DNA from: Ostrea edulis
Lineage: Eukaryota
Direction: 5' to 3'
NCBI RefSeq assembly: GCF_947568905.1
Contig: NC_079171.1
Location: forward strand, 38,502,001 to 38,566,000
Length of the DNA stretch: 64,000 nt
The translations under genes and the position numbers were made by a program. Positions 13,150 to 25,800 of the stretch are shown in pieces (the first letter of the stretch is position 1; each line of letters starts with the position of its first letter). Under the pieces are notes generated by a model. The model was not told the origin of the DNA. It saw only the letters and a list, made by a program, of their open reading frames with translations, and ran no database searches.

Positions 13150-13570
13150 AGCAAACAAACTTACGATATCCCGTACATACCCCTATTTCATACTTACATG
13201 TACGATATTCTGTGCATAACCCTATACTTACGATATTCTGTATATACCCCTATCTTATACTTACGATATTCCGTACACACCCCTATACTTATGATATTCT
13301 GTGCATACCCCTATACTAACGATATTCCGTACACACCCCTATCTCATACTTAAGATATTCCGTAAACACCCCTATCTAATACTTACGATATTCCGTACAC
13401 ACCCCTATCTCATACTTAAGATATTCCGTACACACCCCTATCTCATACTTACGATATTCCGTACACACCCCTATCTCATACTTACGATATTCCGTACACA
13501 CCCCTATCTCAAACTTACGATATTCCGTACACACCCCTATCTTATACTCCCGATATTCCGTATACATACC
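13150..13570. repeat. 33-bp minisatellite in the 5' intron of INF2-A
   Basis: atacttacgatattccgtacacacccctatctc units (ORF periodicity PYLILTIFRTH). Confidence 0.9.
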
Positions 13571-13815
13571 CATATCTCATACATTTCAAATCACGTTGAA
13601 ACACACAACTCTTGTGATAATTTTGCATTTAAACAGAAACCATACCCACGGAACCACATCCTAACGACGCTGTGACGTTTTGGCAATCTACAGAAATATG
13701 GACCCCACGAAATTTTAATGATTCCGCAGTATTCAGACGCCAATTTTGAGTATTTTCACTGCACGTGAGCGTTCTCTTTAAGCAGCCAGTCACGGACACG
13801 TCATTGACAACTAAC

Positions 13816-16800
13816 ATGGGTTGTATGAAGAGCAAGTCGATGGTCAAAGTCACTCAATCCTCAGACCAGGAAGCAGTCAAAAGCTCTAAATGGAAATTTC
13901 TCAGGACGATGATCGGGAAAATCCTTGAGGCGGAGCTGGACGATTGTGAACCGGAGGAGTTTGTGGCACTGTTGAGGACGCCGACCGACTACATGTTCTC
14001 AGCCCTTAAAAAGAAACTAAAGAACGCTGACCGTGAGTGGACGCACGGGTTTCTGAATTGTGGGGGTCTGGATGTCCTGTTGGATGCTGTGGACATTATC
14101 AGCCATCGACGAGTGACGAAATTGTCGGCAGCGTTGACGCTTTTTGCGTGTGTTTCGTGCATCACCAAACTGGTCAATTCACCGACGGGACTGTCTTTCT
14201 TCGTTCAGCATGGCAGTTACACCAAGAGACTGGCCAAGGGTAAGCGTTTTCGTTAGAGCTATAATGTTTATTTTTAGCCGGGTTGCAACGAAGTTGAACT
14301 CGGCTATTGGTTTGAAGATCCGGGCGGGCTGGCGGGCGGGCGGTTGGGCGTCAACAATTGGTTTCCGGATGATAACTCGAAAAGTTTACAATCAAATGAA
14401 ACTTAGATATATTGTTGGGTACCAGGTAAGGAAAACCCCTATCAATTTTGGAGAAAAACGGTCAAAGGTCAAGGTCACAGTGACCGAAAATAGAATGAAA
14501 ATTTCAGACAAATATGGTTTCTGGACAGTAACTCAAAAAGTTTAAAAGTGAAATAAGTTCTTCACAATTATAAATATGCCACATCATTCCTGACTTTACA
14601 ATGTATCCCATGCAACTCGGCTCATGCACCCCTGGGCGCATATATTGATTTTTGTTTTTGTTTTTTTAATTGAATTATCTCGTTGAAGTTACACTTATAA
14701 CGTCGCAGGTGCATATTTAATCTTCGCATCTGAAATACAATATAAAACATAAAAAAGGACCAGGCCTAGAGAATCTGGTATTGCTTCTGTATTCATATAT
14801 TCACTTCTGATCCGAGGCACTTCTATCATATTTAAATCAATCACGTGCTATGTGGAATGTTTTTTGATGATTATACGTAGTATTAAATGAACTGCACACC
14901 CCATTTTATATCGACACGCATATATATGGACAGTATTAAACTTGATTATCAGAAGTAACCTAATGAGTATGAACAAAATATTGTAACAATGGGGGAATAT
15001 AAAAAGCTTTTTGAACACATGTTGGACTGTATGATTTCAAGGGGTGAATTCCGTCATCATTCTGACAGAAATTAATTTACAGCGGAAGCATACACTGCTT
15101 TTCGTCTTGGCTATGTTCAGCACCATTTCGCACAAAATGGCTGACCCAGCTTTATCCATAGCAAGCAAATTACTATACACATCTTATTTTAGCAATTTTA
15201 TTTTTCATATTCAATAAGCAGGTCATAAAACGCAATTCCTCTTTGCAAGCACATAATCTGCTACTGTGAAGCCCTGTAGAGGGTTTTGATATTTTCAATC
15301 CGCTATTGTATTGCAGCATTGGACACAGGCGAGGTTATGGTGAAGAAACAAGTGTTGGGGTTGATGTCAGCGCTGTGTGTGTATTCCAGTGAGGGATACG
15401 ACCTGATCATGGATGCTCTGGACAGTTTTAAGGTAGATAATTTTCAAAAGATTATAGATAGGGCTCACGGCGGGTATGGCCCGTCGACAGGGGATGGTTA
15501 CTCCTCTTAGGCACATGATCCCACCTTAAGTATATCCAGGGATCCGTATTTGCCCTGCTCTTAAACTTTATTCTTTATCAACGTTATGAGATTGATCACT
15601 GTTTGTTTTCTTCACCTTTCCATTACATACTATTATACCCTATTAAAACGGAGACTTAATCGCAACTGTTCATTTCCCTCTACATAAGGAGGTATTTTCT
15701 GTTGACTCCTATTTGACAATACCATGTTTTTCTGTTCTTCTATTAACTGGTCACTGTAGCATAGTGGTAGAACGTTTCCTTCATAATCGGAAGGTCGTGA
15801 GTTCGAGTCCTACTCGTGTCCTGGCAGCGTCAAACCTAAGACGTAAATACAGGTATTGACTGCTCCTTGTAACAGTGAGAATAACAGGTCTTTGGGATAT
15901 GACCTTAAAAAGGGATGTCCTGTTTCGCGGCAGGCGTTGGCAAGCTAAAGAACCCACACTTCTACGATCATGAATGATAGACTTTCTAGTACTTCACATT
16001 TAGCTAGTGATATCTCAAGATGAGTGAAAAATTTTCAAAGGGACGTAAAACTGAACAAACAAACTGTTCGTCTATAAATGTGATTTGTCATATAAATAAT
16101 CATTTTTGTGCCATTAAATGTCTTAGAACTGTATTACTTATTTCCACCATGTCTTCTGGTCGTCATCGTACATACGGAAAGCACTTCTTGCCACTTGCAC
16201 CTTTATCCGTTTCCGTCTGTATCCCTGTTAGTTTTCTTCTAAAGATAGAGCTGTTTTATTTCTCAAAGTTGGTTAACCCATAAATTAGCATAAAGACTCC
16301 AGTTTGCTCGCAAGTAGATGGTAGACTTAGTGTAAACAGGGAAAATTGGTTGTAAGACAGTCCACAGTAACACCGAACTCTATATGTGACTATGCAAGAG
16401 CTTGTTCTGTGTATAGTCAGTTTTTAAACCGAGGTAAGCTACTGACAAACAAGTTGATGGTACAAGGTTGTCAACAGTTACGATTGAAGTCAGCATTTCG
16501 CAAATGCTATGGTCATTATAACGATCTAGTTCGTCAATACAACCTATCTTTGGGTCAAATGCTGTCTGACGTGTTTCATACCGATTGTTAAGCCGTTCTT
16601 GGCACACTGATTTTGACTGCGGATAACTCCGTTTACCTGATTAGGATATAGGGCTCACGGCGGGTGTGACCGGTTGACAGGGGATGCTTACTCCTCCTAG
16701 GCACCTGATCCCACCTCTGGTGGGTCCAGGGGTCCGTGTTTGTCCAACTATCTATTTTGTATTGATTATAGGAGTTATGAGATTGATCACTGTTCGTTAT

Positions 16801-19800
16801 CTTCACCTTGCATGTAAACTAATGACTTCATGGATTTTTTTTTATTTCTTATTTCTTATCTGTTATAAGATTACTTTAAGATGTTTCAATTTTTATCAAA
16901 ATAATTCATTTGATGTAAAATTGGAATCTTTTTGACCACCTTTTATACAGTCTCTGGTACTGCAATTTTCTTTTCAGACAACAAAGAAACAAAGATATCG
17001 TTTCAGTTTGATCGTAAACGAACTCCGAACGGCGGAAATGACGGCGTACCGCACGAGATTGCTGACCTTTGTGAACTGCATCATTGTGGCCAATGAAAAC
17101 CTAGAAGAAAGAGTGAGGATTCGTAATGAATTTATCGGTTAGTTTATTGGTTTAGTCCTTCTCTGACTCGAAAGTATCCATCTATCTTTCTAAATATGAT
17201 ATTGTGTTATTTAACTTCAGTGTAAGGATACGACAACGCAAAAAGAGGTATTTTAAATTTGACACATATATGCGACTGTACAAAATGTAACAATAAAATT
17301 TCAGTGTAAGATCCTCAACATGGATACAAGGTCGATTACTAGAATTATACAAAGCAATAAAATAACCAATGGTACATGCAATTATATTTTCAAATTTTCG
17401 GGACGACTTGTCCCTTCTTTAAGACAAACGAGAAGACATACATTAAATGACTTAAAAGCAAGGTGACGATAACGAACAGTGATCAATCTCATAACTCCTA
17501 CAAGCAATACAAAATAGATAGTTGGGCAAACACGGACCCCTGGATACACCAGAGGTGGGATCAGGTGTCTAGGAGGAGTAAGCTCTAAAATTACACTACA
17601 TCTACAAATGTATTTGTACTGCTAATAACATGTTTATTGTGTTGTGCTAATCAATGTTTTTTTCATTAGTGCAATGGACGATATTGATTGTATAGTGTTT
17701 TCACTGGTTAGGTTTAAACATCCTGGACTTAATCAACGATCTACGGAACGAAGATGACGATGACTTGATCATTCAGTGCGATGTTTTTGACGAGGAGAAG
17801 CAATCTGATGATGAGGAAATGACGATTTTGTATCCGTCCTGTGTCGATATCAACGATCATAAGGAAGTCTTCAATGCTATATACCACAAGGTTTATCCAT
17901 AATGCATTTTTTTTTTATTATGGTGACCCATATATATTACATTCATCTTTTACATGAAAGGTGAAGATAACGAACATTGATCAATCTCATAACTCCTATA
18001 AGCAATACAAAATAGATAGTTGGGCAAACACAGACCCCTCGAGACACCAGAGATGGGATCAGCTGTCTAGGAGGAGTAAGCATCCCATGTCGACCGGTCA
18101 CAACCGCTGTCTGTCATCATAAAATGTGAAAATGTCATTAATTTGATATCACATTGCGTGTATAAAGTCCCCCTATATATCTACATGATTGCTTGCATGT
18201 TTGGGCATTAGTTACAAGGTCTTAACAAAGACAACATATGATTCAATGTTACATTTATCAAAATTGAGGGTTGTGAATGTGATATTTTGTGGAGGTAAAA
18301 CATATTTCAGTTTGTTGTTTAATATTTACGTAAATCTTAAAGTGTTCGCTTATATAAAAAATAATATATCATAATTTTAGTTTATAAATCGACGCAGGCT
18401 ATTAACAAACAATATGTTACAAAGTTTCAACAGTCTCGTTTAAAGTCAGTATTTTGCATATTCTATGGTCGTTATAACGGTCTAGTTTGCCAATACAACC
18501 TATCATTCATTGGGTTAAATGTTGTCTGACGTGTTTCATACCAATTGTTAGGCCGTTCTTGGCACATTGACTTTGCTATGGATTACCTGATTTTGACTAC
18601 GGATAACTCCGTTTACCTGATTAAGATATAGGGCTCACGGCGGATGTGACCGGTCGACAGGGGATACCTACTCCTCCTAGACGTCTGATCCCACCTCTGG
18701 TATATTAATTGGTCCGTGTTTGCTCAACTCTTAATTTTGTATTCCTAATAGGAGTTATGAAATACATGTAGATCATTGTTCGTTATCTTCACCTTTTCGT
18801 TATGTAATTTTGAAATACAAATCATTTATGATTTTATCAAGGTGTACAATACCCCTGTCGCCGACGTGTTTCTGCATGTGTTACAAGCTATGCTGCAGAT
18901 TGAACCAGAAAACCCACTTTGGTAAGTATGGATTACGCAGCATGCCATTACATTGTATTACAAACTATCCTGTAAATAGAATTAGGACACATTTTTATCA
19001 CTGTAAAGGAGGCAATATTCGGGTTTTATTCTCTCTATATTCGCGATTTTATTAACGATCGCAAAAATAAAACCATCGCAAAGTGATGTTCAAAGTGTTT
19101 GGGGATATGAGTTCATCTAAACTTAATGATTATCCGCGAAATCTAAACCATCGTGAAATACCAAACGAGATGAAAATCGTCAGATTTTAGCCCCGCGAAA
19201 TTAAAGCCCTAACAGTATATTGTTTATATTATATGATTGCATCCATGAGAGAAAGATTCAGTTCTGAAATTTATTTCTAGGACCATATGGATAAAAACAG
19301 TGATGATAACAAAGATAAAAACGGCGATGATATTAAACAATGACCACTCGTACTAACCACGAGACTGCATGGTAATTCCCTCTAAAGTATTAACCTGGGG
19401 TGCTAATTTTGATTTATGTTTTCCGCCGCACTCAACAATTTTTCAGTTATATGGTGGCGCCAAGTTTTTATTTGGTGGAAGAGAGAAATCAGATACAATG
19501 TACCTGTAAAGAGACCACCGACCTTCCGAAAGTAAACTGGGAAACTTTCTCACTTACCGGCGCGAGCGAGATTCGAACCCGCGCCGACAAAGGTGAGAGG
19601 CCATGTGATTTTGAGCGAGATGCTCTAACCACTCGCCCTTCGGATATTTGAATAATTTACACAGATATATCATACACACATGTAGATATGTAGGAAATAT
19701 GAATGAGTTATATACAGTTTAGTCCACTTATATTGAAGTTGCTTAAATTGAATTATGTGTTAAATTGAAGTACCAAGTAAAAGTGTTTTACATATCAACT

Positions 19801-22800
19801 TTCGATACAGTTCCGTTTCCTGAATTTCAGACTACAATTGAACGATTTGTGCACGGTTTCAGTGTCGGAGTAGAATCTAACGATTTGTGCACTGTTTTAG
19901 TGACGTTCAGTATCAGAGTAGAAATTAATGGTTTATACACTGTTTCAGTGACAGACTACAATTTAATGGTTTATACACTGTTTCAGTGACGTTCAATGGA
20001 AAGCTGTAGAGACGTCAGTAAAACGATCTATTCTGATAGACGAAACACGTGTTAACCGGACAGAGGTGGGCAGGATGGAGACATCACCTATAAAACCTAG
20101 GGCGTCCAAGGCAGTTCAAACAAATCCTGTAACAAACCCTGTAAGTGTTAATAAGACATAATCACGTTTTCCATACATATAGAAATGCCATTGTAGGTAA
20201 ATCTATCAATGAATGAAAGTTCAAGATAAAGCTGTTCTGTTTAACAGAATTATAAAGGGAATCACTAACGTTCACATTAAACTATAAAGTTGAAAATAAC
20301 CGATTCAACACAGGAACAATCCGTACCCTCAACAACCAGACAAACTGTTGAGTTGAACCCACATATTTGTCCATCGCCACCACCAGACCAAGTACCACCT
20401 CCTCCTCCTGCACCATCACCACCACCACCAGACTGTGTATCACCACCAGCACCTCCACCACCACCACCACTACCTGGTTATATACCTCCCCCAGCACCAC
20501 CACCTCCAGGATCGGGAATTCCACCACCTCCAGCACCACCACTACCAGGACAGGGAATTCCACCACCTCCAGCACCACCACCACCACTAACAGGACCGGG
20601 AATTCCACCACCGCCACCACTGCCAGGACAGGGAATTCCACCACCTCCACCACCACCACCTAGCCTTGGTCCGCCTCTTGGCCCTGGAATTCCACCGCCG
20701 CCACTACCACCTGGGGCACCGAAACCATCAACATCATCCATCAATCCCTCAACGTCAGGTACTCCAACTCCAAAGCAAAAAATGAAGACTGTCAACTGGA
20801 AGAAACTTCCACCTCGATCTATTTCATGTAGGTGTGACTTTTTTATATAAGTAAACGTTCATAAGAATTTCTAGAATAAGTAAGTTATAAATGTAATATA
20901 ATACCTAGCCTTATGATTCAAACACTCCTAGAGGGCTTGTTAGGTGATGGAGGGCAGATGTCTTGCATTCGACCAACATTTAACAGTTAAATGAAATAGC
21001 GACTGTTCCTTCAAATGTTCTTTATTGCATGAAAAGCGAAGATAACGAACAGTGATCGATCTCATAATTCCTATAAGCAGTAAAAAATAGATAGTTGGGC
21101 AAACACGGACCCCTGGACACACTTCGTTGCATTTAAATGTTTTATATAGAGAGATGCAATGTTAACCAGATAAAGAATTTCCGTTGCTTAATGGACCAAT
21201 GAACCAATGTTAAAGAACACTGAATCGCTTTACCAACAGATGGTGGTGTTGCACTATTACAAGTTTCATAATTCTCAAATAAACTTTAAAAATTCAAATA
21301 GTACAAAAATCGGATCTATGCAGGAGAAAATTTGGTAGATTTTGAAATTACGAGACAATAGTCAGCATATAAAAGATTCATTGGGCTTTCTTTTTTTCGG
21401 TTTTTGTTTGTTTTACTATTTTTTTTTATTTTTATTTTTATTCTAATTCTTTCCTTATTTATTCATTATTCTTATTTAATCACAGCTTATGAAAATGTTT
21501 GGAAAAAAGTGCATGGTATACCGACTGTAGTACCTGTGAAATACGAAGCCTTAGAACAGTTATTCTGCCAGAAACTAATCCAGAAGACGAAACAAAACAA
21601 AGAAACTAGACGCCCGAAAGAGGTAAGATTATGTCAACAATTCATGATTTCACGAGAAAATCCCATCTGCAGGAAATGGGTAAAAGCACGTGTTTATTTG
21701 GGGTTTCAATGTTTTTTAATTATAGTTAATATATCAACACGCTTATAATGATTTCATGCTTGTTATGAAATGATATTTATTCCCCAATATGAGGATAATA
21801 AACTTGTTTGAGATATAGAGAAGTTTTAATTGACTGTACATGTATATTGTTTAACGTCCCTCTCGTGAATTTTTCTCTCATTGAGACGTCACCACTGCCG
21901 GTGAAGGCTGCAAAATGTAGGCCTTTGCTCGGCGCTTATGGCCCTTGAGCAGGGCGGGATCTTTGTCATGTCACACCTGCTGTGACACGGGACCCCGGGT
22001 TTTGTGGTATCATCCGCAAGACCACCCAATTCAGTCGCCTCTTCCGACAAGGAAGGGGTACTGAGAACCTATTTAACCCGAATCACCACGTGGAAACAAC
22101 GTTTTTGGTTTAATGAACTATTCTTCGTTAGCCATGGAAGTTCCCTATAATTGTGTTTTACTGTAACTCCGCAGAAACTCAATTTGATAGAACTTTGTTA
22201 GTGGTACACTGCCAGTTCGACTCCCAACTACAATCATCACTGACTTGTTGTATCATTAAAGGGACTGGTTCACGATTTTTTTTATTAAAAACAAATTTAC
22301 TCATTTAATGTTGACAGTCAAAATTTTGATCTTCTGAAAGCAAGAATAAAAGCAATATGTTAGCCTTAAATCTGTGTTATGTAAACAGAGACTCGAGTCT
22401 TTTGATGTATACAAACAAACCAGTGAAATATTGATTTTGTAATATAAAGCATCTTAATTTTGCATAGTCACAACTTTTAACTTTTATATGGCACATTTTA
22501 CCCTAAAAATGCTGAAAATGTAAAAGATATAATAACTGAGATTGATATCCATTTCTTTTGAAAATTTTGTAAACAATAACATATCGCAATCTTTGTTTAC
22601 AAACCAAATAATAAACTCTCTAAAATGAGCTTCTGTAATAATGTTTAACATTAATTTGTATGTGAAGTCTTTTAAATATATTAGACAGTAGATTTTGATC
22701 ATTAAAAGTGAAAAAACAAAATTTTGGGGGAAATCGTGAATCAGTCCCTTTAATAGGTAATGGTTTTTTTTTTTCAACGCTTTGGTCTTGATAGTATTAT

Positions 22801-25800
22801 TATTTTGAATGAAACTTAAATAACGGGGTTCCATATAAAGATACGGGTTGGATTGACAAGTCATAAATTTTTGCTAGGACTCGAGGACATGACCACAATG
22901 ACCGCCCTTCTTCTACAGCTGACGATGTATGCAATAGTGCAAAATGTGATAGAAAGACTAATAAATTCCATTCTATCTTATTTCTATGATTCATTTAATG
23001 CCATACATTATCCTTTGTTTGTATGTAAATGAAAATTCGTGAAACGAGATTTCACGAATTAATCTCACCTTAATCCTAAAATGATGTACACCACTGCAAA
23101 CATTGAGACAAATATACATGCATGTGATTATATGCTATTGTCCATAAGTGTAAGTGTTTAAGAAAAAATAATGTGTTTGATTTCATTTTGGTCTACACGA
23201 ATCTTTGTATCAGGATAAGAAATTCCATCAAATAATTACATATGTAAATCTAAATCAGTCTTATCGACAAAAATGAATTTTATCCTTCTTGCTTTGATTT
23301 CCTGGAGCAACTTTTAAATTAGGGAAAAATACTTGTAGATCTTACTACTCGACAACAAACGGAGCATGAACGTCAACATTTTCCTGAAACAATTTAAGTG
23401 CAGTCACAGAGAAATTATATCTATGATCGAAGCTGGCGACACAAACGCCATTGGACAGGAACGTTTGCTTGGTCTCCAAAAGATACTTCCGGACGCTGAC
23501 GAGGTAAGTTATGGGCACCACGTCACACCGGAAACTGTGATGTCACAATCTTTTGTCTTTTATTAGTTTCTCTATGCAAAATGCTTGGTCTTCAAAATGT
23601 ACTTCCGGACAATAACGAGGTTAGTATGGTGTCTATCTTTGTGCCTGATTTTGTAATACTATCATTAATAACGTCTTCATCCATTTCCTCACGAATGCGT
23701 TGCAGTTGTGAAAATGCGTTTATGAATCTTGATAAATATAGTACGCTATATTTCAACGGTTGATAGAAATAAAAGTAGAATGTAAATCTTAAACATTTTC
23801 AGTAATAAAGATACATAATGGTATGGACTGCAATGTTTCATGCTTCATGAAAAATATACGAAAAGCTTCGCAGTTCATACCCGTATGTACTTCAAGTATT
23901 ATCAAATGACGGCTGCATTGGATTCCAACCAAGTCATCCTTTATCCAACGGACAAATTCGGCCTCACAATTTGAAATATAATGTGATGCGTTCAACTGCT
24001 CTTCTTATAAGATATCGTTTGCACTTTCCCGGCACTACTTTATGCATATTCCTTCACAATATACTTTAAAGTTCCACACAATGATCAGATTATTTCACGT
24101 GATTTACTTAAGATAGCAATGGTTCTTATCAACTGATTATTCGTGGTCAGCTAAGGAGCCCTTTTCAGCCCATGCTTATTATTAAATATATGACGTATGA
24201 ATAAGATTTGAGTAAGATTTACTTACTTGTTGAATGCTCATTTTATTACTGGCACAACTCTATAAAATTAGGTGTTAGTGAAGACTGCGTAACACACCCT
24301 CTGGTGACCAAATGTGTCTGTGTGTAATTTCAGTTTATATGAAAAGGCAAAGATAACGAACAGTGATTAATCTCATGAATCCTGGAAAGAATAAAACATC
24401 AATAACAAAGCAAACACAGACCCCTCGAAACACAGGAATTGGGATCAGGTTCTTTGAGTCTGTTTCCGGTCACAGCCGCCGTGGGCCGTGCATCCTAAGC
24501 AATCAAACGGAGTACTCCGTAGTTAATTTAGCGTGTGTAGAACGACCTAACAACTGTAATATTTGAATTCATTATATGCAATTACAACCAATCACTGGGT
24601 CGAATATCCCATCCCTATACTGCCCTATACATACGGATTTTCCGTTAATCTGATCGAGATATGAGGCTCAGAGTAGAGTGATCGCTACTTAGGGATGCTT
24701 ACTCTTCCTAGGCACTTGATCCCACTTCTGGTTTGTCCAGGGTCCTGTGTTTGTCTTATTTTTGATTCTAGGATTTGTGATTGATCGATGTTTATTATCG
24801 TCACTTTTTCATACGAATGAAATGCAATACTTTTGGTATATAAAGTATGTTAGACAATTTCATAGCGGTTTCGGAAATACAATGTACACTTAATATCTGC
24901 TGATTATCTTCGAACATCTCTAAAGGAGATGTTAGAATCTTTAATCACATTTTCATTCCATTACATTCACATCGATTCATGAAATAAGATCCTTTATCAA
25001 TTCTGTTCTGTTTCTTTTGGACAGGTTAACATGTTGAAAGATTTCAAAGGAGACAAGGAAAGACTTGGAAACGCGGAGAAATTCTTCGAAACACTCATTC
25101 AGTTGCCATCATTTAGAACGCGAATTGAAGGCCTGGTTCTGAAAGAGGAATTTCGGGTTACCTTAGATACACTCATTCCAAACATCGCTGTATTTGCGAG
25201 CACCTGCCAACATCTCTTAGAAAACGAGTCATTCCAAGTATTTCTTCGTTATGTTTTGCAGTCTGGGAATTTCATGAATGCGGTAGGTGTGTTGCAATCT
25301 TCATATTTTCTGTATCATATGGAAAAAAACCCAATGTGAATATATAAAATGCTAAACCTTACAAATACGTAATGTGAATCATACTTCATTGGCAAGAATT
25401 TATTTTTGAGTCACATTTATTTAATATATGTAAACGCGTATAGGCGATTAATAGATTTTTCTGTTTCTTGTTATTATCTCAGAAGACATCGTTGGAAACC
25501 CATGGTTGATTACGCTTCGTTCCTATCTCCGTCACCCGTGGGTCCATTCATTCTGACTCGCTCGTTCTCATAAATAAACATTTAAAAATACGTCCAATCA
25601 AAGTAATCGTTATCGTAAAGGAACTCTTTAATCTGATTTTAAAGGTAGCATTAACTTAGCTTTGCTATCATAACAATTGTATACCGCAATTAGGCTGAAC
25701 GCGTCTTGTTGATTGGACAAATTCGCTCGGATGTACGATGAGCGCCCAATCAAATTGCCTCATTAATTATTCATGAGAACGAGCGAGTAGGAATGAATGG

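Noticed and set aside
11958-13675. Overlapping ORFs of 90-124 aa
   Set aside because: Explained by the 21-bp and 33-bp repeats, whose periods are multiples of three; no domain content.
15749-15825. Possible tRNA genes (also 29936, 34801)
   Set aside because: Boxes A/B are present, but the cloverleaf and acceptor stem are degenerate and each continues into a shared SINE body and tail.
16346-16382. ORF 16346-16591 as a host gene
   Set aside because: Only the part from about 16383 is RT-derived; the start is flanking sequence and the ORF is a truncated retroelement remnant.
19281-19355. Candidate INF2-A exon after tttctag|
   Set aside because: Hits an in-frame stop and lacks similarity. The exon at 19987-20140 matches paralog B and INF2 (QWKAVETSVKRSILI).
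20282-20795. Val/Gly-rich antisense ORFs and a Thr/Ser-rich alternative-frame ORF (also 45735-46239)
   Set aside because: Shadows of the CCA-rich FH1 exons.
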